Shown here piece after piece: positions 44,243 through 54,568 of a DNA stretch of 64,000 nucleotides; position 1 is the stretch's first letter; every line of letters begins with the position of its first letter. The notes below the pieces were generated by a model. It worked only from the letters and a program-made list of their open reading frames with translations, had not been told where the DNA came from and did no database searches. A program made the translations under genes and the position numbers. Source of the stretch: Rebecca billardiae RCC1528 (Eukaryota; Protista; Haptophyta); the NCBI GenBank assembly GCA_965240325.2, contig OZ251241.1:434001-498000 (forward strand), written 5' to 3'.

Positions 44243-47200
44243 TTAGTCTTCGCGCTGCCCGCGACGCCGGACGCGCGGTGCCAGCAGAAGCTGGCGCCTG
44301 CGAGCACCGGGGCACGCCAAGTGGCACTCGTAGCTCCAGTCAGTGCTGGGGTCGTCGTCGAAGTCCCCGAGGCACTGCGTCAGCCCCTCGCAGCACTCGA
44401 TCTTGGGCCAGCTGTACTTCCACGGGTTGCCGCCCTCTTCCGTGCACGACGGCGGCGATGGCGGTGACGGCGGCGGCGACGGCGGCGAAGACGGCGCGGG
44501 GGGTGCGGACGGGAAGGGCGGCGGCGGCGAGGCGGCCGGGCACGCGTGGTGGCACTCGTAGCTGAACGGCGTGCTGTCGTCGCGGTCAAAGTCGTACAGG
44601 CACTCGACCAGCCCCTCGCAGCACTCGAGCTTGGGCCAGCCGTCCGCCCACGGGTCGCCGCCCGAGCGCGTGCAGCCCGGTGGCGACGGCGGTGCCGGCG
44701 GCGGGGACGGCGGCGCGGAGGGCGCAGGCGGCGCGTGCGGCGGCGGCGAGGCGTGCGGGCACGCCCAGAGGCACTCGAAGCTCAGCGGCGTGCTGTCGTC
44801 GCGGTCAAAGTCGTACAGGCACTCGGTGAGCCCTGCGCAGCACTCGATCTTGGGCCACTCCGCCTCCCACGGGTCGCCGCCCTCGTGCGTGCAGCGCGGC
44901 GGCGGCGAGGGCGGGCTGGAGGGCGGCGGCGGCGGGCACGGCGCGGGATCGGGGTACGCGGCGCGGCAGCCGTCCACGCCGGCCGCGCAGCAGTCGTACA
45001 TGCAGCGGCCGTGCGCGACCGCGTCGCACACGAGGTGCGCGCACAGCTCCTCCGCGCGCGCCGACTCCATCAGGCAGCACTCGGCCGGGTTGGCGCACGG
45101 CAGCGCCGGCCCGTCGCCCTCGCCGCAGCTCTCGCGCATCGCGACGAAGTGCGGGGAGGCGGCCGAGAAGAGCAGCTGCTCGTCGGCGAGCTTGGCGAGC
45201 GCCGTCGCCGTCTCGTTGCTCACGCACAGCCCCGCCGCGCCCGCCTCCGCCGTGGCGGCCTGGTGGGGCACGTACGCGTACGCATCGAACCAGTGGCCGA
45301 GCGCAGCGACTGAGCCGTCGCGCCGCGTGATGCGCAGCTGGACGCCGCCGCGCGTGATGACGACGAAGCCGAAGCCCTCGCTCGCGCCCACGTGCGTGCC
45401 GTCGTCCGTCGAGAACTCATGCGCGCCCGCGCCGAGCGGCACCCCGTCGACGAGCATCGCGCCGCCATACAGCTCAAACGTGTGCGCGCCGAGCGACCAC
45501 GCGAGCGCGCCGTTCGAGCCGGCCGCGACGCCCCAGCGGCAGTGGTACGACTGCATGCGCAGGCCGACGGCGGGCACGGTGGCGAGCTCGTACCCGCCGA
45601 AGCCCATGAAGTCGAACCGCTCCTCGCCGAACGTGGTGAAGTGCGGGTCGCCGATCGACTCGCACATCGCCGAGTTGGCGAGCGAGACGGGCGGCGCGGA
45701 CGGCGCGGGCGGCGCGGACGGCGCGGGCGGCGCCGCAGGCGCCGACGGCGGCGCCGGGCAGGTGGGCAGGCACTTGAAGGTCCACGGCGTGGTCGGGTCG
45801 GCGTCAAAGTTGCCGAGGCACTCGCGCAGCGGCGAGCAGCACGGGATCTTCGGCCAGCCCGACGCCCACGGGTTGCCGTCCGCGCCTGTGCACGTCGGCC
45901 GCTCGGGCTCTGCGTAGCAGTTGGCCGTCTCCGGGTACGCCTTCTTGCACTCGTCGACGCCCGAGGCGCAGCAGTCGTACAGGCAGCGCTCGTGCGCGAC
46001 CGGGTCGCACTCGACGTGCGCGCAGAGCTCGGCGGCGTGCGCCGTCTCCATCACGCAGCACTCCGCGCCCGGATTCGCGCACGGCGGCTCGGGCGCGTCC
46101 GCGTCCGCCTGCTCGCACGCCTGCGCCATCGCCACGAACGGCGCCGAGTCGACGTGGAAGAGCGACTCGGCCTGCGCGAGCGCGTGCCGCTCGGGCGAGA
46201 GCGGGTCGGCGCAGAGGCCGGTCGTGCCCGACTCGTCCGTCACCACCTCATCGCGCGTGCGGATGTACACGTCGTACCAGTGCGACGAGGCGAAGTCGCC
46301 CGTGCGCCGGTACAGCCGCACGCTCGTCAGCCCGCGCCGGAACTTGACTGTGTTCAGCAGCTCGCCGTCGCCGCCCAGCTCGAGCACGGCGCCGTCGTTG
46401 AGCTTGTGCTCGCACGACGAGCGGAGGACGGCGTGCGGCCCAGCCTTGCGCGCGGCGGCCTCCTGCAGGAAGAACTCGGGCGGCTCGCCGTCGATCAGCA
46501 GCTGCTCGCCGTACAGCTCGTACGTGTGCTTGCCGAGCGTGAACGCGACCGCCGTGTTGGACGAGGCGGCGAGGCCCCAGCGGCACTGGTACGCGTGCAC
46601 GCGCAGGCCGACCTCCGGGACGTGCGCGAGCTCGTACGTGCCGACGCCCTGAAAGTCGTACCGCGCGCCGTCGAACGTCTGGATGTGCGGGTCGCCCACC
46701 GACTCGCACACCGAGATGCCCGCCGGGATGGCGGGCGGCGACGAGGGCGCGGGCGGCGCGGACGGCGCGGGCGGAGCGGACGGCGCGGGCGGCGCGGACG
46801 GCGCCCAGAGCGCGGCGCAGTCGGCGTGGCAGCGGTAGACGGGCACGGTGCCCGGCCCGTCGAAGAAGTAGAGGCACTCGTCCGTCCCCGCGCAGCACGG
46901 CCGCAGCGCGCCCGTCGCGTACGGGTCCTCGCCCTCCAGCGTGCACAGCGCCGACTCCGGCCGGATGGCATTGCACGACTCAAGGCAGAGGAAGCCGGCG
47001 ACGCCGTCGCCGTCGAAGTCGCCGAGGCACATCTCGAGGTCGGCACAGCAGAGCCGCTGCGCGCCCGACGCCCACGGATCGCCGCCTTGGCCCGTGCACA
47101 TGTCCGAGTGCGGCGGGCGCGCGCAGTCCTCGAGGCAGAGGAAGCTCGAGACGCCGTCCGAGTCCCAGTCCGACTTGCACTCGGTGAGGCCCTCGCAGCA

Positions 47201-47323
47201 CTTGGCGTGGGTCTCGCTGAACCATGGGTTCTGGCCGGACGGCGTGCACGCCGCCGCAGCGGCGCCACCCGCGCTCGATGCGCAGAGCACGAGTGCGAGG
47301 TGGATGGAGGACGCGCGCGCCAT
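44243..47323 (-). CDS. Secreted protein with two VWD (GDPH) domains, seven six-cysteine repeats and Pro-rich linkers
   Basis: Signal peptide MARASSIHLALVLCASSAGG; CESVGDPHIQTFDG..YDFQG.G.Y and CESIGDPHFTTFGE..FDFMG.G.Y, each followed by a Cys-rich C8-like region (C.YDCCA); (PPAPSA)n linkers. Single exon. Confidence 0.88.
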   Translation of the reverse strand: MARASSIHLALVLCASSAGGAAAAACTPSGQNPWFSETHAKCCEGLTECKSDWDSDGVSSFLCLEDCARPPHSDMCTGQGGDPWASGAQRLCCADLEMCLGDFDGDGVAGFLCLESCNAIRPESALCTLEGEDPYATGALRPCCAGTDECLYFFDGPGTVPVYRCHADCAALWAPSAPPAPSAPPAPSAPPAPSSPPAIPAGISVCESVGDPHIQTFDGARYDFQGVGTYELAHVPEVGLRVHAYQCRWGLAASSNTAVAFTLGKHTYELYGEQLLIDGEPPEFFLQEAAARKAGPHAVLRSSCEHKLNDGAVLELGGDGELLNTVKFRRGLTSVRLYRRTGDFASSHWYDVYIRTRDEVVTDESGTTGLCADPLSPERHALAQAESLFHVDSAPFVAMAQACEQADADAPEPPCANPGAECCVMETAHAAELCAHVECDPVAHERCLYDCCASGVDECKKAYPETANCYAEPERPTCTGADGNPWASGWPKIPCCSPLRECLGNFDADPTTPWTFKCLPTCPAPPSAPAAPPAPSAPPAPSAPPVSLANSAMCESIGDPHFTTFGEERFDFMGFGGYELATVPAVGLRMQSYHCRWGVAAGSNGALAWSLGAHTFELYGGAMLVDGVPLGAGAHEFSTDDGTHVGASEGFGFVVITRGGVQLRITRRDGSVAALGHWFDAYAYVPHQAATAEAGAAGLCVSNETATALAKLADEQLLFSAASPHFVAMRESCGEGDGPALPCANPAECCLMESARAEELCAHLVCDAVAHGRCMYDCCAAGVDGCRAAYPDPAPCPPPPPSSPPSPPPRCTHEGGDPWEAEWPKIECCAGLTECLYDFDRDDSTPLSFECLWACPHASPPPHAPPAPSAPPSPPPAPPSPPGCTRSGGDPWADGWPKLECCEGLVECLYDFDRDDSTPFSYECHHACPAASPPPPFPSAPPAPSSPPSPPPSPPSPPSCTEEGGNPWKYSWPKIECCEGLTQCLGDFDDDPSTDWSYECHLACPGARRRQLLLAPRVRRRGQRED

Positions 47324-47626
47324 CCTCACGAGCCTTGAGCTTGCTTCACGTCGTCAACCCGCGGCCGCGCCAACTCGGACCGTCGTCAGTACCAAGGGCG
47401 GTTCAGTACCTATGTGCAGTTTGTATTCGTGACGTTACCACCTCTTTACCCCCCCCCCATTATTCGATCGGCGAACCGTTGGGCTCCGGGTAGGTTTATG
47501 AAGGCGCCAAGATTGCGATCTCAGCTAAAAAAGGTCGGTCGATCTCCCTCGATCTTTCTGATAAGCGGGCGCGTTCTCGGCGGCGCCAGTGACCGTAAAC
47601 GCTCTCCCCCCTCGCCGACGTGCGAG

Positions 47627-49819
47627 ATGCGCGAGCTCGCTGCGCTCGTCCTCGCGGCGCTCGCTGCCGCGCCCACCCACGCGCTCTGGGCGCTCGACAC
47701 GGACTCGTCCCGCCAGTCCGCCGTGCGCACCGCGCTCGGCAAGTCGGCGGTGCGGCTGACGAGTGAGGCGTGCGGCGCGCGCGCCTCGCGGCTGGCATCC
47801 TCCGACGCGCTCGCCTTTTTCGAGGCGAGCGCGCCGCTTTTCTTTAGCGACATCGCGGCGCAGAACGTGATCGGCTCGAGCTCCTTCTCCTCCGCGTCCA
47901 CGTGGATCGCCGGCAACCTGCACCCGCGCTCGATCCGCGCGCTGCCCGGCGCGGGCGCGGACGAGGTCGTGCTCGACGTCGCGGACATGGACGACGCGTG
48001 GCCGTCGTCGTACCTGATCGACGTGTACCACTTCGCCGTCGGGCTCGAGCTGCTCGCGCGGCACAACCGCCGCGCGCTGTACGTCGCCGAGCTCACCGAG
48101 GAGCGCGCGTGGGCGAGCGTCTTCGCCTTTGTCTCCTCGTACGCGCACGCGATGGAGCGGCACGCGACGTCGGCGCCGCCCGCGAGCGACTACGCGGTGA
48201 GCGCGGCGACGGCGCGCGATGGCGCGCTGCCCACGCTGCTCGACTCCGTCTCGCGCGAGCCGCTACCCACCGCGCGCGCCGCGCTGCTCTCGCAGCTCGC
48301 GTGCTCGTGGAGCGGCGGCCGCGGGTTGCGCACGCCGAGCGCGAGCGCCTTGCACGCGGTCGAGTGCGGCCCGGCAAACCACGCGCTGGGCGACGTGGAC
48401 GCGGCGACGGCGGCGCAGGTCTCCGCCGCCGTCGCGCACTACGCCGAGCACGCCTGCCCGGACTGCGCCACCGCGCCCGACTTCCCATCCGCGTTCACCG
48501 TGCTGGACGTCGCCGAGTGGCGCGAGGACGCGGACGGCAGCGAGGGCGCGCTTGCGTTCGCGCTGCTGCTCCGGGGCGCGCCGGCGGCCGGGAACGTGCT
48601 GCTCGAGGCGCGGCTGCAGGGCACGCCCGCCCCCGCGCCGAGCGCGCCGGGGTACGTCGCCGACGCCGTGCGCGCCGGGCTCCCCTCCAACGCCGAGCGC
48701 GTCGCGCTCGCGCGCCGCGCAGCCCTCATCCACCCGGACGTGTACACGGGCTGGCTGTCTCTGCCTGACAGCGCGTGCGCCGCGCGGCTGCCGCGCTGGG
48801 CGGCGGAGGGCGGGTGCAGCTTCAGCGTCAAGGAGATCACGCCGCGCGAGCGCGCCTTCGACATCGAGATGATCGACTCGGCCGCCAAGCTCGCCCACGC
48901 CGCGCAGCAGTGGGGCATGGTCGTCGCGGCCGCGCACGCGCGCGCGGACAACGAGGCGGCTGCGCCGATCGGCACGCTGGTCGGCGCCTCTCTCGAGGAG
49001 CGCGTGCGCACGCTCGTGCCGTCGCACCGGCGCACCAGCTTCTCCACCGAGGTGGCCTCGTTCGCCGCGGCGTACGCGGACCAGGTCGAGCGCGACTTCG
49101 CGCAGTGGAAGGAGCGCGGCGGCGCGGCGGCGCTCTGCGGCGCGGGCAGCGGCGGCGACGGCGGCGGCACGAGCAGCAGCGGCGGCAGCGACTCGAGCGG
49201 CGGGCAGGACTCTGGCCGGGGCTCGGATGAGGAGGGCGACGACGACGACAACGACTCCCCGGAGATCGGTGCGAACGCGACGCATCTCGAGGCGCTGGAG
49301 TCTGAGCTGGAATGGCAGCGCAGCCTGCTCGTCGGGCTGGGCGTGGGGCTCACCCTTGCGCTGTGCGTGCTGTGTCTTGTCGGCCTGGTGCTGTGCGCCC
49401 CGCGTCGCGCCAAGAAGCTCGGCCTGCCCAGCCCGAGGAGCGGGCTGGGGCGGTTGCGCAAGCAGTCGCAGCAGCTGCCCACCCTCGAGGGGCAGCCGCC
49501 CGCAGGCGGCGTGCTGCCCTTGCGCTCTGGCGGCCGCGAAGTCGAGATGGCGGAGCAGGCGGGCGGCGGCAGCGGCGACGAGCTCGGGCAGGCCGAGGAG
49601 GCGAAGACGCCGCTGGCGCGCTCCATGCACTCGCGCCGGAGCGAGGCGGCCCCGTACGAGGAGATGACCGCGGCCGAGCGCGCGGTGGCGGCTGCCGCGG
49701 ACAACGCGTCGGCCGAAGCTGCCGCCTTGCAGGCGGCTGCGGCGGCGTCGGCATCCAACGCCGCCCTATACAGCAACAAGGGGAGACTCACCACTCTTGA
49801 GCCGCCCTTGCGCGTGTGA
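47627..49819 (+). CDS. DUF2252-like (kinase/APH-fold) type I membrane protein
   Basis: Signal peptide MRELAALVLAALAAAPTHA. Motifs ALAFFEASAPLF, WIAGNLHP, VVLDVADMDDA...YLID..FAVGL, NAERV, GMVVAAAHARAD, FAAAYADQVERDF. One TM at ~49325-49395. Confidence 0.72.
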   Translation: MRELAALVLAALAAAPTHALWALDTDSSRQSAVRTALGKSAVRLTSEACGARASRLASSDALAFFEASAPLFFSDIAAQNVIGSSSFSSASTWIAGNLHPRSIRALPGAGADEVVLDVADMDDAWPSSYLIDVYHFAVGLELLARHNRRALYVAELTEERAWASVFAFVSSYAHAMERHATSAPPASDYAVSAATARDGALPTLLDSVSREPLPTARAALLSQLACSWSGGRGLRTPSASALHAVECGPANHALGDVDAATAAQVSAAVAHYAEHACPDCATAPDFPSAFTVLDVAEWREDADGSEGALAFALLLRGAPAAGNVLLEARLQGTPAPAPSAPGYVADAVRAGLPSNAERVALARRAALIHPDVYTGWLSLPDSACAARLPRWAAEGGCSFSVKEITPRERAFDIEMIDSAAKLAHAAQQWGMVVAAAHARADNEAAAPIGTLVGASLEERVRTLVPSHRRTSFSTEVASFAAAYADQVERDFAQWKERGGAAALCGAGSGGDGGGTSSSGGSDSSGGQDSGRGSDEEGDDDDNDSPEIGANATHLEALESELEWQRSLLVGLGVGLTLALCVLCLVGLVLCAPRRAKKLGLPSPRSGLGRLRKQSQQLPTLEGQPPAGGVLPLRSGGREVEMAEQAGGGSGDELGQAEEAKTPLARSMHSRRSEAAPYEEMTAAERAVAAAADNASAEAAALQAAAAASASNAALYSNKGRLTTLEPPLRV

Positions 49820-50100
49820 GCAACTTTAAGACGTGTGCGCGCTGGCTCCGTGACTCGGGAGGCCAGCGAGCAGCGAGGCGCGCGTCACCGAGCCGCGTAC
49901 GGCGGATACCGTCCGACGATTTAGTTCGGAGTCCGAAGGCCGTCGTCAGCACTCAGCAGTCGGACGAGCGCGGAGCGGTAGTGGCGCGAGATTCTTCTGA
50001 AACCTGGGATTATTCATCCGAAATTTCGGACCCAGGAGCCCGTCCGCCCCCGGGTTTCGTGTCATCAATTGTTTGCGGCGAGCACGTCGCTGACACCATG

Positions 50101-50760
50101 TCACCTGCGTCTGACGGAGCTACTACAGGGCTCGCGCGCATGCCGCCGAGTGCACGTTTGGGGCAGTTCGGTCGTGGTGCTCGTGGCAGCACGCGCGCGC
50201 GCGTAGGCGCCCAACACGGTCTGAGAGTGCGCCGAGCGCATCCGATCAGTACACCGCATACTCCTGGGTCTTGTCGGCCTGCCCCGACGGGCGGTTGGCG
50301 GTGTTGAGCCCGCCCGTGTCGATGTCGTGCCCTCCGTCCTGGGACGAGCAAGCGAGGGCAGCCCCTCGGGAGCCTCAGCCATGCGGCTGCACTTGGCACA
50401 GCGCGCGATGAGTGCGGCGGCGCCTTCGAGACATGCCGTACGGAGCTTGCCGACATCCCGAATGACCTCTCGCTCGTGCTTGATGGTGGTGTTCGCCTGC
50501 TTGATCCACGTGTCGTTGTCGTCGACGGCGCGCCGGCACTTCTCGGCCTCAGCCATCAACTCAGATGCCTTGCGCAGGTCGTTGTCCACGTCGCGCGCGT
50601 CTGTGAGGTCTCCTCCGGTGCGCATGCTCCTCACGCGCACCGCCTCGCGCGCGAGATCGCGGCATATCACGCCCAGGTCCTCCTGCGGCGTGTCCTTGCG
50701 CGTGCGCCGGGCGGCGGCGCCATGCTGTTCGAACGGTTCCGCGGGCGGCGTCCGGATTCC
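50101..50760 (-). other. Possible small coiled-coil ORF or gene fragment
   Basis: Coding-like stretch (DLRKASELMAEAEKCRRAVDDNDTWIKQAN...) with no clear in-frame upstream ATG and no known motif. Confidence 0.25.
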
Positions 50761-50818
50761 CAGACAACCTTAAGAGAGACGCGGTCGTTTCGTATTGTCC
50801 GACGACTGGAGCGCCATC

Positions 50819-53144
50819 ATGGTGACCATCGCCACCGCCTCGACGGCGGACAAGGTCAAGTCGGCGAAGGAGAAGGACCGGGCGCAGAAGATGCGCGAGG
50901 TGCTGAAGACGTACGAGCCCGAAGAGCTCGCCGAGGACCAGGTGGAGGACGCCCTCGCGGCGCACCTGGACCGCTGGCGCGGCGAGGCGTACGAGAGGCG
51001 CAAGGTGGACCCGAAGACGGTGCCGCACGACGACCTGGGCACGCCGATCGCGCGCGCCGGCGGCGTGCTCCGCTCATTGGACGGCGTGAAGCCGGCTGAT
51101 GCGACCGGCCGGCTCGACCTCTCGGCGCGCCAGCTGCAGGCCGTCCCCTCGCGGCTGCAGCGCTTCACGCGGCTGCGCGAGCTCAGCCTCGTGGGCAACG
51201 GTCTCTCGTACGTGCCGCACTGGCTGGGCGAGGCGATGACGGAGCTGACGGTGCTCAACCTGGGGGACAACGCGCTCAGCGCGCTCCCCGACCTCACCCG
51301 CCTGCCGCTCATCCACCTCGGCCTCTCGTACAACCGCTTCTCCTCGACGGCGCGGCTGGTCGGCTCGCTGCCCGCGCCTTCGCTCCGAAGCCTCGAGCTC
51401 GGGTACAACCAGCTGGTGTCGCTCAAGGCGGCGCTGCGCCCGTTCGCGGAGGCGGCGGACGAGGCCGGCGCGCCGCGCTTCGCCGCGCTCCTCACGCTCT
51501 CCCTCGCGGGCAACATGTGCTGCGCGCAGCCCGACTACCGCGCGCGAGCGCTCGCCGCGCTCGGCGGCGCGCTGCCGCGGCTTCGCGTCCTTGATGGCAC
51601 CGATCTCTCGGCGGCGGCGGGGGCGGCGGCGGGCGGCGGCGGGGCGAGGCGAGCGGAGGGCGCGAGCGCCGCTGCCGCCGCCGCCGCCGCGCCCGCGCCC
51701 GACGCGGACGCCGACGCGCCCGCGCCCGAGCCCGAGTCGCCGCGGCCGCCGCCCGCGCACAGCTACGACTCCGAGTCCGACCTGAGCGCGGGCGAGGTGC
51801 CAGGCTCGCGGCTGCAGCTCGAGCTGCTCAGCGTCGAGGGGTTCCCACGCCGGCTGGCGGAGATCACGCCGAGGCTGGCAGGCGGCGCGCCCGAGGGCGG
51901 CGCGGACGCGGACGCCGGCGGCGCAAAGCCCGAGACGGGCAGCCCCGCCCCCGCCGAGGGCGAGTGGAGGCGCTCGGTGCAGCTCGAGGCCGCAGCCTTT
52001 GACACGCCCGCGCAGACGGTGCGTGCGTGCGCCGCCACGCGCCGCCGCGCGCGCGCAGGGCGGCCCGGGGCGCGCGGCGCGCAGGAAGCGGGTGCGCGCG
52101 CGGGGCTGCGGCGCGGCCGCCGACGCGCTCCGCCCCGTCGCCGCCCCACCGCGCGTGCGCGCAGATGTGCGTGCTGCCGTGGGTGGGCGCTGAGCCGTCA
52201 TCAGCGCAGGCGGAGGGAGGGCAGCAGCCGGCCGCGGAGGCGGAAGGCGGCGCGGGCGGCGGCAGCTTCAGCTCGGGCACGCCGGGCTCGGTGGACGGCG
52301 GCGCGCTCAACGACCCGCAGCGCGGCGCGGTGCTCACCGCGCTGCAGGCGCCGATGCCGCGCACCGACGCCTCGCGCACCGCGCTGCTTCTCCCGCTGCG
52401 CGCGCAGACGGATGGCGTGCGCGTGATCGTCTCTCTGCGCGAGCAGTGGACGCCCGCGGCGCCCAGCGCGGCGGAGGCGGCCGCCAAGCCGGCTGAGAAG
52501 CCGTCCAAAGGTGCGGCGTGCCGCGCCAGGTGCTGGGGCGCGGCGCGCGCAGCCGGCGCCGCGACGCGTGCGCCGCCTCACGCGCGCTGCCGCCCCCGCG
52601 TGCACGCGCGCGCCGCGGCGGAGCAGCCGGCGGCAAGCAGGACGCAAAGGCGGCGGCGGCGGCCAAGGAGAAGGCGGAGGCGGCGGCCGCGGCCGCCGAG
52701 GCCGCGAGCCAGCCCGCGCAGCCGCCTGTACTCACGGAGCTCGCTGCGATCGGCATCCCGTGCGCGCAGCTGATCGACGCAACCGCCGCCAGCAGCGCCG
52801 CGCTCGCCGAAGCCGCGGCGCGCGCGCGCGGCGCCGGCGCGCCGGGCGCGGACGAGCCTGAGCTGGGCAGCGTGATCGCGCGCGTGCGGCACCGCGTGTA
52901 CCCGCCGCGCCGCATTCGGTCCGACGGCTCGCTCGGCAGCCAGCGGCCGCCGTACACGCTCAGCCTCGCCGTGCGCCTCTCGCTCGTCGAGCCGCCGCCC
53001 AGGCCGCCGCGCGCCGCCGCGTACGCCCCGTCGGCCGACGGCGAGGGCTCCCTGCAGGGCGAGGACAGCACGCTCTCCCTCGACGAGCAGATGCTCGGCA
53101 TCCACCGCCCGCCCGCGGTGCGCACTACACCGCCGCCGCGCTGA
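50819..53144 (+). CDS. Leucine-rich repeat protein (SDS22-like LRRs with LRRcap)
   Basis: LxxLxLxxNxL repeats (LRELSLVGNGL, LTVLNLGDNAL, LIHLGLSYNRF, LRSLELGYNQL) and cap LSLAGN.CC...DYR...LPRLRVLDG. Introns 52019-52164 and 52511-52626. Confidence 0.82.
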
Positions 53145-53692
53145 GTGCACGCTGCTGTTTAGTGTTTGATTATTATATAGGTGATTACTACTCGGCGATG
53201 TGGCTGCATCCGGGGCGCCACTCTGTCATCTCTGTACGTCTGAGACAGACGGTGGCACTAGTGTCAGTGTGACAGTAGCTGCTAGTCGTATGTGTAGTCG
53301 GCCCGGCCGCGCGCGGTCGCATGGTCATCATGCCTCGTCCGCCGATGGATGATGAATATTAGATCATGATGCGCCTGCTGCCAGCAGCATAATAATAAGC
53401 GCGGCGGCGGAGTGGTGGCGTCATCATTAAGACTGTAATGCGCTGCTATATAGTATATATATATTATTACTACGACGCGGTTCGTCATTCGCCACTTACA
53501 ATGACAGTCAACGATTGTTGCCGGGCCATGGCGGCCGGCCTACACACACAGTAGCTTAGTCAGTACACGGTGTTACATCACAAGCTAGTAGCTAACACTC
53601 AGTTACTAACAGTGTGAGTGTAGCTACAGACTGGACGTTGCGGGTCGAAAAAAATGTAACGGATCGGGACGATCTTGGTGCGCGCTCGCAGC

Positions 53693-54568
53693 ATGGCGCG
53701 ATACGCCGCCCGCATCGTCGCGCCATCAAACGCGAGCGAGCCGCTGAATCGGCTGCTGCTGCGCGCGGCATCGGTCGGGGACGTGCGCGAGGCTGCGTCG
53801 CTGATCCAATCTCCGGGCATCGACGTCGACGCCACCGACGTGAACGGCTACACGCCGCTGCACCATGCGGCGCGACGCGGCGACGAGGCGATGGTGCGCG
53901 TGCTGCTGGCTGCCGGCGCGCAGCCGCAGCTGCTGTCGAGGATCGACCCGTCGACGCCTCTGCATCTCGTCTGTCGCATCGCCAATCCGTCAGATGACGC
54001 CGTTGCCGCCATCGTCGCGCTGCTCATCCACCACGGCGCGGACCCGTGCGCACGCGACAGGCGAGAGCGTACGCCGTTGCACATCGCCGCCATGCACGGG
54101 GCAACAGACGCCGCGGCTGCGCTGCTCGCGGACGAGCGGACGGATCCGTCGCTTGTCGACGAGTCGGGCAAGATGCCCCATCGATGGGCCATGCAGTTTG
54201 GCCACACCGCCGTCGTCGAGCTGCTGCCGGCAGAGGGCCCAAAGAAGAAGGACAAGGTGACGACCGTGCGGCTGCTGCGCCGCGCGATGCTTGCCGAGCG
54301 CAAGGATGCGGCGGCAAAGGCGGCGGAAGAGGCACTGCGCGCAAAGAACGCACCCAGGGGCCGTGCACCCCCGCGCGCAGGCGCGGCCAAGCCGCCAACA
54401 GCTGCCGCCGGCAGTGGCGGGGCCAGCAGCCGTACGACCAGCTTCAAGAAGCAGCCGCCTAACGCGCCGCCCGGCGCCGCCAGCCTCAGCAATACCGGCG
54501 GTGGCATGGGGCCGGCAGATCGTCGGCGTGCGCAGCAAGTTGTTCATCAAATCAAGCCGTCTGATTAA
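53693..54568 (+). CDS. Ankyrin-repeat protein
   Basis: DVNGYTPLHHAARRG, STPLHLVC, ERTPLHIAAMHG, GKMPHRWAMQFGH. Confidence 0.9.
   Translation: MARYAARIVAPSNASEPLNRLLLRAASVGDVREAASLIQSPGIDVDATDVNGYTPLHHAARRGDEAMVRVLLAAGAQPQLLSRIDPSTPLHLVCRIANPSDDAVAAIVALLIHHGADPCARDRRERTPLHIAAMHGATDAAAALLADERTDPSLVDESGKMPHRWAMQFGHTAVVELLPAEGPKKKDKVTTVRLLRRAMLAERKDAAAKAAEEALRAKNAPRGRAPPRAGAAKPPTAAAGSGGASSRTTSFKKQPPNAPPGAASLSNTGGGMGPADRRRAQQVVHQIKPSD

Noticed and set aside
44340-44900. Regularly spaced near-identical repeats that could suggest a CRISPR-like array
   Set aside because: They are in-frame protein repeats of the VWD gene; eukaryotic context, no cas genes.
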